Source of the DNA: Vairimorpha necatrix
Lineage: Eukaryota
Direction: 5' to 3'
DNA: 64,000 bases
NCBI GenBank assembly: GCA_036630325.1
Contig: CP142729.1
Coordinates: 1,240,001-1,304,000 of the forward strand
Part shown: in pieces, positions 12,123 to 23,850 of the stretch
Layout: every line of letters starts with the position of its first letter
Numbering within the stretch: the stretch's first letter is position 1
Translations under genes and position numbers: made by a program
The notes under the pieces: model-generated
Database searches by the model: none
The model's input: only the letters and a program-made list of their open reading frames with translations
Told to the model about the DNA's origin: nothing

Positions 12123-12487
12123 GAGGGGGAGAATATTAAATATTAATTTTTTTAAACAATAAAAAAAAAATTAATATTTGATCAAAATATAGGATTAATA
12201 ATATTACAGTTTATTGAACTAAAATATAATATAATTTAACTTTGTTTTATATGAATTTTTATTGTTATAACAGTTTATTAATTTAATTAATAAGTACAAT
12301 ATACAATTTAACTTTGTTTATATAAATTATTATTGTTATAACAGTATATAAATTTAATTAATAAGTACGTTATACAATTAAATTACGTTTTTGTTATTTT
12401 ATTATACATATAAAATATTTATAATATAACAGTTTATTAATTAAAATTAAAAATTTTAAATTTTTTTATTAATTTCAAATTTATCTT

Positions 12488-13039
12488 TTAATATATAAAC
12501 TCCCCATTAAAATAAGTCACTGTATCTTTGAAAGTACATTGCTTCTTTTTTATATTTATACTTGTTATTTTCTTAATATCTTCTCTATTTTCTAGTATCT
12601 CACATATCCTCGTTTTATTTTTATAAACCATTTCGTTACAATGTTCTATACACATTTTCATATATTTACCATATTCCCTGTTACTTAATATAGACACTTC
12701 CAAATATTTAAACAGTAAATTATAAATATATATTTTATTATTATTAGTCAATAATTTCTTTAATACTTTGAAACATAACTCATTACTGAAATTATCTTCA
12801 AGACATACTTCTAATACTTTAGAAGTGAGAATATATATATTTCTGGATAATATGTGAGACGACAGATCAAGTATTTTCCGGAGACCAGTGTTCTGTTTAG
12901 TGCGGAGTAAGATGCCTATGGAGTCTATTATAAATTTATTGGTGTGTGTTTGTGGGACTTTAATGTCTTTGATTTTTGGTAAATCTTTTAGAAATTTTGT
13001 CTCTTTTTTCTTCTGTATTTTGAACTTCTTAAAAGCCAT
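12488..13039 (-). CDS. Hypothetical protein (helical, basic N-terminus)
   Basis: ORF from ATG 13039 (MAFKKFK), preceded by CCCCTCTT. Confidence 0.7.
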   Translation of the reverse strand: MAFKKFKIQKKKETKFLKDLPKIKDIKVPQTHTNKFIIDSIGILLRTKQNTGLRKILDLSSHILSRNIYILTSKVLEVCLEDNFSNELCFKVLKKLLTNNNKIYIYNLLFKYLEVSILSNREYGKYMKMCIEHCNEMVYKNKTRICEILENREDIKKITSINIKKKQCTFKDTVTYFNGEFIY

Positions 13040-13267
13040 AAGAGGGGACAAATGCTAAAAAATTCATATTTGATTATTATATACTTAATTATTATATGTT
13101 CTATTTATACATATTTAATTATTATATGTTCAATTTATAATAAGTAAACATGTACATTTACCTCTATAACAGCTTTAATAATCTTTTGCGTCTAGAGAAA
13201 GATAATCCTTTTTGTAATTTATATCCAATTGAAAAATGCGAAAAGATAAACCATAATATATCAAACC

Positions 13268-13385
13268 TTGTAATATTTAATTAAACTCATAAAATATTTT
13301 GTAATATTTAATTAAACTCATAAAATATTTTGTAATATTTAATTAAACTCATAAAATATTTTGTAATATTTAATTAAACTCATAA
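13268..13385. repeat. Tandem minisatellite, 31-bp unit TTGTAATATTTAATTAAACTCATAAAATATT x ~3.8
   Basis: Identical head-to-tail units read directly; no spacers. Confidence 0.95.
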
Positions 13386-13673
13386 ATAATACAAAATATT
13401 TTATAAAAAATTGATCACAGAATTTTGTTTTATTTCGAATGTAATACAAAAATAAACAGATTCAATTTTATATTATTTCTTCCCACTTTGTTTGTCTATT
13501 GACATTTTTGACAGGTAAAAGTATAAATAAAGAAGAAAAAAATTTCTTGCATAAATAAAAAATATCACCAATGCATTTTCAAATTACAAAGAATGACTCA
13601 ATCGTACAAATATAGATACAACAAAGAATGAATAAATATACATAGACTAAAATGTTCAAGAGATTATTATTTA

Positions 13674-15638
13674 TTAATTAATAGATAATTTATCGTATGC
13701 TTCTCCATCAAGTATCTCATTCTTCTTAAATAGTTCGATTATTCCTTTATAATTCTTAGGGGCCAGTGGTGAGTCTATTCGTATTTCATTCAGATTATTT
13801 TTATGTTTTTCCAAAATATCAAAGACTTCTCCCTTTGACAATGAGAAATCCGGGAAATATTTTATAAAGAAATCTGTCAGTTTTTTAGTTTTCTTGTTAC
13901 TGACGATACATTCCAAGAGATAAATTGTAAAGAAGTTATTTTTCCCATAATTCTGGGATCCCAGGGCGAATGAGTCAAGGATTAAGATTTCATCTTCTTC
14001 GTCATTTATTTCATTTAGATCTTCGTAGATTATTCCTATATTCCTTACGATATCTTCCTCTGGAATATGATCATCATTTTCAATATCCTTACTAGCAACA
14101 TAATCAATGTTCTTACTAGCAACATAATCAATGTTCTTTCTGCCACTTTCATATTCTTGCCTGTTCTCATTATTCATGTCTTCTTCTACTTCTAGAAGTG
14201 CGAAAGTGTTCCCTGTTTTATTGACTGGTTTCTTCCATTTACTTTTTCTATCTAAAACATCCATGATATAGAACTTGACTCTATTCACATATTTATCTTT
14301 ATTCTTATCTAAATATGTACATATCATATTAGCATAATCACTCTTCTCATTTAGTGTCATTTTCTCCCCTATTTTATCTATGAATTTCCCTAATACTTCT
14401 ATAACTTCCTCATTATCAATTTTCAATAATTCATCTAGTCTTGTTTTTATATGTTTCAGAGTTATAATATCCAAGTTATACAAATTACATAAGAAATCTA
14501 CTACACCCATAGTCTTCTTCTTTTTAGTGTATCTTTTTGTTTCTTGTTCTTCGAAAGCTCTTTCATATTCAAATGAGTTTTTATATGATTTTCTGTCTAA
14601 GATGATTTTATCTGACCACTCGATTTTTTCCTCTAAGATTTTCATGCTTGAAGTTAAGACTGTCCCGAAAAAAGCAGTCTGAGATTTAAAGAGGTGTTTT
14701 TCTTCTTTAGATTTGAAGTCTTTTTTTAGTGCTCCTACTACCATAGCGTATTGTGTACAATACTGGGGCTCATTTATAGCCTTAAATACTATGAGATTTC
14801 CTATAAATTTAGATTGTTCTATAGTCTGGAGATCTAGACTTCTTAGATTATTTATTATCTTTTTTATATTAGTATTTGTCAATTTATTCAGCTCGAAATT
14901 GGCTTTTTCTAAGATTGTCTCTTTGTTCAGTTTGAAGTCCTTGTAATTTACAGGGACTTTTACTGTATTTTTTACTAGTAATTTTAAGGAGAAGGGGGTG
15001 ATTTCTTTACATGACATGATGTCAGAGACACTGTATTTTATCTGGGGGATTGAGGAAGGGACGAAGACATAAGGGGCGGGTTTCTTGTAGCTTTCTAGTA
15101 GATCATTGAGGAGTTTTTCTCTCTTGACATTTATGCCTTCACAAGTGTGGCATTTTATTTTATTCATTTTATCTTCATTTTGTTTTTCATCAAGTTTTAC
15201 TTGTTCTTGATTTTCATTTTGTTTTTCATCAAGTTTTTGTTTGTCTTGTTCTTCATTTTGTTTAACATCAAGTTTTTGTTTGTCTTGATTTTCATCTTGC
15301 TTAGTTTCATCTTGCTTAATTTCATCTTTCTTAATTTCATCTTTCTTAATTTCATCTTGCTTAATTTCATCTTTCTTATTTTCATCTTGACTTTTTTCTG
15401 TATCTAATTCTTCTGAACTGTCATCTGATACATCACTTAGATCTTCTAGTGATATTGGTGTCCCATCTGGTTTACACAGTACATATTTCTTTGTATCTTT
15501 TTTCTCTTCTATAATATTCAAGGGCGGCGCGCTTTTAGTGCGTAACTCGTACAAATCTTCTTCCTTGACAAATGTTAGAAGTGGTTTGGTGAATTTATAA
15601 ATGATCTTTTTTACTATTGAGGATGTATCTTCACTCAT
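13674..15638 (-). CDS. Translation initiation factor eIF4G-like (MIF4G domain)
   Basis: LNKLTNTNI..KAINEPQYCTQYAMVV..MGVVDFLCNLY..RVKFYIMDVLD; eIF4E-binding-like YSVSDIM; internal KDEIK-type repeats; ATG 15638 after CCCC. Confidence 0.85.
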   Translation of the reverse strand: MSEDTSSIVKKIIYKFTKPLLTFVKEEDLYELRTKSAPPLNIIEEKKDTKKYVLCKPDGTPISLEDLSDVSDDSSEELDTEKSQDENKKDEIKQDEIKKDEIKKDEIKQDETKQDENQDKQKLDVKQNEEQDKQKLDEKQNENQEQVKLDEKQNEDKMNKIKCHTCEGINVKREKLLNDLLESYKKPAPYVFVPSSIPQIKYSVSDIMSCKEITPFSLKLLVKNTVKVPVNYKDFKLNKETILEKANFELNKLTNTNIKKIINNLRSLDLQTIEQSKFIGNLIVFKAINEPQYCTQYAMVVGALKKDFKSKEEKHLFKSQTAFFGTVLTSSMKILEEKIEWSDKIILDRKSYKNSFEYERAFEEQETKRYTKKKKTMGVVDFLCNLYNLDIITLKHIKTRLDELLKIDNEEVIEVLGKFIDKIGEKMTLNEKSDYANMICTYLDKNKDKYVNRVKFYIMDVLDRKSKWKKPVNKTGNTFALLEVEEDMNNENRQEYESGRKNIDYVASKNIDYVASKDIENDDHIPEEDIVRNIGIIYEDLNEINDEEDEILILDSFALGSQNYGKNNFFTIYLLECIVSNKKTKKLTDFFIKYFPDFSLSKGEVFDILEKHKNNLNEIRIDSPLAPKNYKGIIELFKKNEILDGEAYDKLSIN

Positions 15639-16090
15639 TAAAAGGGGTAATAATAAATAAAATAAAAACGAGAATATGAAACAAGAAACAAACAAAGATG
15701 AAACACTTTATTATTATTGGATAGAAATGAGGAAGGTTGTATGATCACAAAAAGTGACATGTATCTAATAACAAAGTTTATAAAATACATTTAAGACTAG
15801 ATTACGAAGATTTAGAAACTTATAAGTTTATTAATTTTGAGAAGGGTTAAATAAATTCTAAAAAACAGATCTAAAGATAGTCTACAGAGATGTATTCTTA
15901 TGTAGTATACGCACTTATAATAGACAAATTAAAGATCAACTCCAAATATGATAACATAATAATTAGATATAGAGAACAATGTATGTATAAAAAAGTCCCC
16001 CTTTGAATATATTAGAAATTCAATCTTTAAATATATTAGAAATTCAATTTTTCAAGTATATTAGAAATTCAATCTTTAAATATATTAATA

Positions 16091-16351
16091 CTATAAGTTG
16101 AATAGATCTTCCTCCTCATACACTATCTTCACTATAAGTGAGCAACTAGGGCATCTTGCTACATCTTCATGATTGAGTAGATCTTCTTTGTAAATTTCAA
16201 AGAGATCCCCACATGGACAAGGATAAGTCAGTCTCTGTGTCTTGGGGTCATAAGAGAAATCTTTTATATCGACTTCGTCATAGAAATCAAGATTCTGGAA
16301 GTCCTGTAGTTTATCAAAGTAGTCTTTGTAAGTGGGAAAGAATTGGGTCAT
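16091..16351 (-). CDS. DPH3: Diphthamide biosynthesis protein 3 (CSL zinc finger)
   Basis: [38 protein letters not shown]. Confidence 0.93.
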   Translation of the reverse strand: MTQFFPTYKDYFDKLQDFQNLDFYDEVDIKDFSYDPKTQRLTYPCPCGDLFEIYKEDLLNHEDVARCPSCSLIVKIVYEEEDLFNL

Positions 16352-16706
16352 CAAGAAATGGGGTAGAAAATTAGATTATTGATATTATATTTAAAGATCT
16401 TGTATTAGATATGTACAGATGTATAATATTTAAAGATCATGTATTTAGATATAATATTTAAAGATCATGTATTTAGATATGTTTAATAAGATACTCGATG
16501 TTTAGCCGGTGATATCTTATTTAAAACACTATGTGTTATTTTGATGCACAGTTTTGTGCGTAAAGCTGTTATTAGAAAACATGGGTTTATTTATTTACTA
16601 GATGGTCATCTTATACATAATCAGATGACATTTTGACATGTTTTATATAAAACATTACGTGATATTTGATCTGCTACACACTGAGTTTCATGAATTTATA
16701 TAAAAC

Positions 16707-17126
16707 ATGTCTCTCTCCTCCTTCATGATCCTCTTCTTCCAGTTCGCTTTCTCTGACAGTGTCTTCCGTTTTAGTTCATTTTATGACCCGAATATCAAAT
16801 TAGTCCACAATAAGAAGAATGAGTTCTCTTCTTCATTCGTCCATGCCCACGATGACCCAAGATTCTACTTCAAGATGCAGGAAGGGGACCCTGGGCTTAT
16901 GAGGATATTACCCCTTAAAGAGGAGTATAAAGTCAAGATGACGCCAGAAGGAGGATTCAGGATTTATAAAAAGGGAGAGTGTCTTACACTAGTGGACAAT
17001 ACGAAGATGGTCATGGAGAAATGTGACCAAGGAGGGAGTCAAGTGTTTATGATTATGAGTAGTGATAATAAGACGATAATCAAACCAATAAGCAACATAA
17101 CCTACACATATGAGGAGACATTTTAA
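16707..17126 (+). CDS. Secreted ricin-B-lectin-like protein
   Basis: Signal peptide plus beta-trefoil-like motif FRIYKKGECLT..MEKCDQGGSQVF (QxF); a family known to be expanded in microsporidia. Confidence 0.65.
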   Translation: MSLSSFMILFFQFAFSDSVFRFSSFYDPNIKLVHNKKNEFSSSFVHAHDDPRFYFKMQEGDPGLMRILPLKEEYKVKMTPEGGFRIYKKGECLTLVDNTKMVMEKCDQGGSQVFMIMSSDNKTIIKPISNITYTYEETF

Positions 17127-17340
17127 AAGGCACATATATACAATATAAAAACATTATTATTATATACTAGATATTGTATAAATTATATTGTCTTTTATAT
17201 CATATGTTTTATATTTTATAGATAGATAAACAAATATAAATCATATGTATTGTATAAATCATATGTATTATAAAAATCATATGTATTGTATATATAATAA
17301 CCTTAATACATTATTAACATAGAATATAACTAATATAAGT

Positions 17341-17901
17341 TTACTCATCTTCTAGTAAATAATAAAAGATCCCATTCTTGTAAATTTCATATAAAAAATC
17401 AAACATTTCAAATTCGCTCTCGTCACTATCAAAAAACTGGAATATTAAACTTCTTTCTTCTCCTTTCCACTCCACTTTACTTCTTTCTACTTCATTTTCA
17501 TACACTCCTAATTCTTTCTCTAATATCTCATTCTTAACATATTCATTGGGGAATAACTCCATCCTGACTACAGACTTATAATTATCTCTAAACTCCACTT
17601 TAAAAGACTTGAGCCAGGAGAGATCTAATTTCTTATCCTTCCGGGGAAGGATCTTCAAGGAGACGTCAAATTTATCAAAGGCCCGAGACCAGAAAGAAGA
17701 GAAAGAATTAGTTGAGAGTAAGAGATCATCTCTACGGGATAAAAGGGATTTAATATTATTGTAACCTTCTAGAGCGAGATCAAACTCCTTCTTCTGATGT
17801 AGTCTATCTTTAATTTCTAATTCATGTTGAATATCTTCCAGAATATTCTTACTTTCATTATTATTATCATTATTCATATTATTATTATTAAGATCAACCA
17901 T
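17341..17901 (-). CDS. Nucleosome assembly protein (NAP/SET/Vps75 family)
   Basis: RRDDLL..FWSRAF..LKSFKVEF..FPNEYVKNEILEKE..SKVEWK..FQFF..EIYKNGIFYY; ATG 17901 after CCCTTC. Confidence 0.8.
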   Translation of the reverse strand: MVDLNNNNMNNDNNNESKNILEDIQHELEIKDRLHQKKEFDLALEGYNNIKSLLSRRDDLLLSTNSFSSFWSRAFDKFDVSLKILPRKDKKLDLSWLKSFKVEFRDNYKSVVRMELFPNEYVKNEILEKELGVYENEVERSKVEWKGEERSLIFQFFDSDESEFEMFDFLYEIYKNGIFYYLLEDE

Positions 17902-18282
17902 GAAGGGTATCAAGAAAGGAATATGTATGGAAAAACATAATGTTAAATTATTATGTATGGAGAAGTATGCATAAAGAAAAACATAATTATAAATTATTAT
18001 GCATAAAGAAATATCATATTTGATAAAATGCTAGACCAATAAAAAATAAATTTTTTAATATATCAAATACATATAAAAAAAATAAAACATTATAATATAT
18101 TTAATAATATATTTAATAATATATTTAATATTAAATTTAATAGTAAATAAATATTTTTTCTCCTTTTCTTTCTTTGTTTTGGAAAATGAAAAAATTTCAA
18201 ATATCATTGGTTTCGGGACTTTGTTTGTTTCATTTTATGCAAAAAAACTATAAATAAGATTTATTTTTTACCCATAAAAATC

Positions 18283-20058
18283 ATGTCTGATTCTGGAGAG
18301 AGCACTTCATCTGAAGAGCATTTATTTCTCAGTGGAATATTGAAAGAAATAGGAGAAGTAATAAAATGCAATATTTGTACTCCTAAAAATGAAGAAGAAT
18401 TACTTACCAGTAGTAAACTAGATCTTACTTCTACTACATCTACTAATAGTAGTAGATGTAAGTCATTTCTTGGTAAAGACAAAAATGGCTTCTACTCTAG
18501 TCTTGATCAAGACACTGTCTACACTAGTAGCCTCAAAGAAGATAATCCCATTTCTCAGCATATCATAGGATACTCAAAGTTACTACATTGTGTATCTACT
18601 CATAAACCAAATATAGATCATACAAGTACTATTCTGATAGACTTATTCTATAAATTATTCCTAGTAGAGAAATATATCTTAGATTTCTTACTAGACCCAG
18701 AACTACTGTCAGTGATTGACGCACTAAGAGGGAAATATAATAACCAGAAGATAAAGAAAGATATAATATTATTAAGTCAAGAATATTATAAGAATAATAT
18801 TAGTGCACTGAATTGTGAACAAGATATTGAGTCATTAACATTTAAAATTTATAAGAGCATAATAAAAAGCATAGAAGAAATCAAAGATAATAATAATAGT
18901 ACACAAGATTATAATGTAATACAAGATTCTAATGGTATACAATATTCTAATGATATTAATGGTAATATTAATATGGATGATATGGATGATATCGTTCATG
19001 AATATGTTTTGATCGTTTTATTCATGAGAAAAGAATCAAATAGATTTCATAATATTTATAAGAAAGTAAAGCATACTTCTTTCTCAAATAGGCTGGCCAT
19101 ATTATTCACTTACAATCAAGACTGCGAATTCACTGCAGAATATGAAAATATAAAAAAGAAGAGTTTTATAAATATTGATCTACTAAATAAACATATCCCA
19201 AATATCTCAAGACTAGTCTTCTTGGAAAATGAAGACTATGAAACTTGGCAGAGAGGAATTGTCTACCACTACGACTGGAATGATAAAGTAAAATTATGGA
19301 TGAGAAATAGATGCGAGACATCATGTCTACTAGATAAATCAATGATAGAGGAATGTATAAAACATAAAAGATTTAGAGACGGGTGGATAATTTATAAATA
19401 TGGAAATAAAAGCATAGTAAATGAATTCCATAAGGTCATTTCTCTATGCATTTCAGCCTTGCGTCATACAAATGAAGAAATCTGGACTGACAGAATTATA
19501 GAAATTATAAAAGCAGCCATAAAAAAAAACGACTTTTATATTTGTATGGATTTAGTAGAAGACATTTTCTACACCCTGGGGGGTGTCTCAGAAAGTCAAA
19601 GATCAAGAATTATAAAACATTTTATAAAAGAAATCAGAGTAATGGAAAATAATGAAGAAATAGTAACAAATATTATAAAAGGAATAAATGAACTATGTAA
19701 GAAATGTATTAATACTGAGACATGTGATATTTGTGTAGAACACGCTAATATGATCTATCAGGAATGGAAAAGAAATAATACAGGAGGATTCTTCTTTAAA
19801 TCTCATAGTAAATATGAGTCAGAAATCTATGAAAATATGCTGGACATGTGCGACACAGTCGAAGACTGTGATGGATTTAAAAACCTCTGTAAAGATTTAG
19901 TGAATAATGAAGCGAAAATCAATAAGGGAATTTATAAAAAATTACAGACAGTCCATACAAAAACTTGTAAGGACTGTAAACATGGAACTTGTCAGACACT
20001 AAAAGTCAAGGATAATCAACAGTTACTATATCATTTATTTAATGGGTTTAATTTATAA
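18283..20058 (+). CDS. Hypothetical Cys-rich helical-repeat protein (paralog of 9182..10774)
   Basis: 591-aa ORF; CCC motif upstream; motifs shared with the 530-aa ORF. Confidence 0.8.
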   Translation: MSDSGESTSSEEHLFLSGILKEIGEVIKCNICTPKNEEELLTSSKLDLTSTTSTNSSRCKSFLGKDKNGFYSSLDQDTVYTSSLKEDNPISQHIIGYSKLLHCVSTHKPNIDHTSTILIDLFYKLFLVEKYILDFLLDPELLSVIDALRGKYNNQKIKKDIILLSQEYYKNNISALNCEQDIESLTFKIYKSIIKSIEEIKDNNNSTQDYNVIQDSNGIQYSNDINGNINMDDMDDIVHEYVLIVLFMRKESNRFHNIYKKVKHTSFSNRLAILFTYNQDCEFTAEYENIKKKSFINIDLLNKHIPNISRLVFLENEDYETWQRGIVYHYDWNDKVKLWMRNRCETSCLLDKSMIEECIKHKRFRDGWIIYKYGNKSIVNEFHKVISLCISALRHTNEEIWTDRIIEIIKAAIKKNDFYICMDLVEDIFYTLGGVSESQRSRIIKHFIKEIRVMENNEEIVTNIIKGINELCKKCINTETCDICVEHANMIYQEWKRNNTGGFFFKSHSKYESEIYENMLDMCDTVEDCDGFKNLCKDLVNNEAKINKGIYKKLQTVHTKTCKDCKHGTCQTLKVKDNQQLLYHLFNGFNL

Positions 20059-22124
20059 AACTATTAAAAATTTGAAGACAAAGTTTTACTTTAAAAAGGT
20101 CTTATTCTTTTTTTAGTAATTTTTAAATCTTATGATTTATTTTTAATAGTACTTTGATTTATAAAATATTTCCATTTGGACAAAATTAATATTTTTTTCT
20201 AAGTTAGTAGACAAAATATTGTGTCTATTAGTGTAAAACGCACTATAAGGTCGATTATAATATAATTTTAATAGTACGCTTTTGTGAGTTTTTAATAATT
20301 CTTTTTGCATGTAAAATGCTATTTGACAAATTTTTTATAATGCTCACAATACATGTTTGCGAATTTTATAATTGCACCTTGAAAAAAATCAAAATAATCA
20401 AAAAAATGATATTGCCGCGTACAAGACGCAGATGATAATATTATTATGTGTTTGTACGATGATGTATCTCCTCGGGTTAAATATATTTCTGTTGCGATAC
20501 AAACAATATAGTAAAACAATTCTCATGGAGCCAAAGTCCACTTTACATGGACTTGGTGTCCATGTAAAGTGGTAGTTATAGAAAGCAAGAATATCACAGT
20601 ACTAAATCTTTTGGATTACTATGTGATGTTATTTACTTGCAAGAAAATAACAGAATACTTAAATATTTAATGACTTACAATTTTTTAGTATAAATTTTGT
20701 AGTATAAATAAAATAACTTTACAATATTTTATAAAAAATAGACATTGAAGATACACAATTATGATAATTCTATATCAACATAAGACATTGTAAGGCAGTG
20801 TCTTGTGTTGATATATAATTTTACTATATGTAGTGGGATATCTAAAAATGGGGCATTAATGATCTGATAAATCATCTTACGTTATATAATGAAACCACTA
20901 TATATATTGCATCTCAACTACCAGTGCAGTCATACTTCATGGTAGAATACTACCAGTCGAGGCATCCTAAAGATCAAAACGCGATAATTCGCATTTTGAT
21001 TAAAATGAAAAATTTCCAAAATTTTTTATAAGTGTTTTATTAGATATTTATAGACAATAAATCGGAGCTTTACGCATTTTTTAAAGAACAATATTTGTTT
21101 GGATATAGAGCTCCGCTTGAAACTAAACAAAACTAATCTTTCTTGAACTACTAAAGTTATACTTGAAGTTCATTTGAGCATTCTTTTTTATATTCGATTG
21201 TATTTAAGTTATAGCTTTTTTTCCGCTATTCCATAAGTAATTCAAGGCATTTTATTTGTATATACAATTGTAATGATTTACAAGCAGTGAGCATATAGTG
21301 CAATCCAAGTCAATTAACAGGCATCAAACATAGACTTAAACAATTCCGTATAAATATAAATCTAGAGGATTCAAACAAAAATTTATGATATGAAAATAAT
21401 ATTGATAAATTGTTTTACTCAAAGATGGCAGATAGCAGGACTAAACATCGAATCTTTTTGATATGACGAATCAAGCGAATTGATGCATTATTACATATTT
21501 TTTATACGATAGTACTATTTTTTTTAATTTACGTTTTTTGATCGAAAAATAATGAGACTTGTGTTGTTTTCGGAGTAATTTAATTATTCTAGTCTATTAA
21601 AATCCGAGAGTGCAAAAGTAATTTAGCTTTAGTTTTTCTTTTATGTACGGAGAGTATCAAGTAAGTAGGAAATCACTTATTTGGTACAAATTTATTTAAC
21701 TTTTAGCAGTTAATTTGAAATGAGATGGATACGTTCTTGGGACGTATACCAAAAAAAATTAAGTCAAGCTGATCAACTCTTGTGTAAACAAGTGGTTGAC
21801 ACACTTATATAATTAAAGATATATATGTGTGTCAAAGTAAGCAAAAAAAATGTTTTTTAAAAAATACTTGGTATTTTGAGAGTACGAAGATGTATTTATT
21901 AGCCAATTTATTCTTATAGTCGATCAGTAATTTTTTTTGAGAACCACTTTGATGTGATATGAAATTTACTAAAAGTTTTTTAAAAACAGATGTTTAATAG
22001 ATTAAACTTCATATTGGCAAGATCACATTGGGGTTAAATTTATAATTCTTTTTTAAATCAACTTTGATCTTATTTTTAAGTTCTGCCGAAACCATGTCCC
22101 GTCTTCCTTATACTAATCATTTAT

Positions 22125-23850
22125 TGTGGAGCGCGAGCGTTGACTTCCTAGGATTTCACTCCCGTAAAAGCGATGCTTAAAGGATTTTCCACATCGACAG
22201 GCGTTGATCCATAGGAATTTCATCCCGTGCAAGCGTTGACCCTTGAATTTTCCTTAAGAAAAGCCCTGTCTAAATCATATTTCAATTAGATAAATAAATG
22301 CAGCAAATTGGCTCAACCCCACTACCAAACGAGGAAACACCTAAGCATGCCTCTAAACTATGGCATACTAAAAAAAAAAGTATAAATCATTTTGATAAAT
22401 TAGACTTGCACTATTCAATTTGATAAATAAAATGATTTTTTTTGTACCTTAAATAATGATTCTTCCTTCAAGAAATGCTGTTGATTATGATAATTTAACA
22501 TAAATCTTACAAGGCAGGAATAATGAAGTCATTTTGGGGAAGCAACAGAAAAACTGTTGAAACAAAAAGGTTCAATTACATTCTTATAGATGGGGCACTA
22601 AATTTAAGGGATAAGGCCAATGTAAACCATCTAAATGTTTTCCATAATGAACATATTGAAGCCATGGAAGTCGAATTTAGAGCTCTACACCAGCTTCGTC
22701 GCAGATGCGTTAACAAATTCGAAACATCATGGCAAAAAGGTTTTTTTAAGATCCTCAAGGAAAAAGACAAAAAAGTCGTCTCGAATACATCGTATGTGAC
22801 AATCGCAACCGTTAAAAATAAAGAACGCCAAGTAATATTGTGACCTTTAAACCAATGGAACAAACCATGATCGATTTAATCAATACGACGCGCTATAAAA
22901 AGTTTAACGATGGGCATTGTTGGATTTTATCAATAATCGATGTGTGTTCTAAGTTTGCCTGGGCCTTTTCATTAAAACGTACAACGGGAGAAGAGGTTAC
23001 AGAAAATCAAAAATATTATTTTACAATATGACTAGTCCTCCTGATATCATTCAAATCGATAATAAAAAGGAATTCTGCAATTCCCAAATAAATAAACTTT
23101 GTGCAAACTTTGTTATTGTTCAAAAACATAGTTGGTCGCGTCCCCCACAATCAAACGGGCAAATAAAAGGTTTAACCAGACTTTAACTCGCACTATACAA
23201 ACACATGTTTTTGAAGAAGGTTTGCTTGCCGTTAGTAATTCTAGAACCGAATATAAAAAGAAATGGTTTAAACATCTTGATAAAGTCGTAAAAACTATAA
23301 TTTAGCCAAATAAGGTGCGACAAAGCAGGTTCCATTTAACCTATTCTTAAAAATTCAGGATTAGATTCTGTTTTTTTTTGCAAGATGTGAACGAATCTTT
23401 ATATGATAGCATGAAAGAAATGATTGATGCGGGAGACAGAAAATAAAAGAGATGTGTCGATTATTGTTCTTAAAGAATAAAAACAAAAATTGTTCAGTTG
23501 ATACAAATTACCTTGCAAACTGGATCGTCATTCATTGGTCCATATCTCAAAATATACTTTGAAATTTGAACAATGGAATTGTAGCTAAAGACTTTGATAA
23601 TAATATCAAAAAAAAAACTAAAATCAACTTTCTTTTTCTCAAGAAGTTACCATTACAGAAATTTTGCCAAACAACAGAAAGCAATGTGAAACTGTAGAAG
23701 ACACACAAATTTTCCCTACGTCTAGGCTAAAAAACTTTAAAATCAAACAATCGATTATATAAATTATTTGTTTTCTTTTTATTTCTATTTTTTTTTACTT
23801 TCTGAAGGGAGGGGTCAATGCTTGCACGGGGTCAACGCTCGAGCGACACA
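22125..23850 (+). mobile_element. Degenerate Ginger-like (integrase-type) DNA transposon
   Basis: Imperfect TIRs TGTGGAGCGCGAGCGTTGAC / GTCAACGCTCGAGCGACACA (TGT..ACA ends); subterminal GCGTTGAC repeats; broken rve integrase (IDLI..ILSIIDVCSKFAWAF..IIQIDNKKEF..PQSNGQI..RFNQTL); no RT or LTRs. Confidence 0.8.

Noticed and set aside
13268-13385. CRISPR array
   Set aside because: Units are contiguous with no spacers; eukaryotic context with no cas genes
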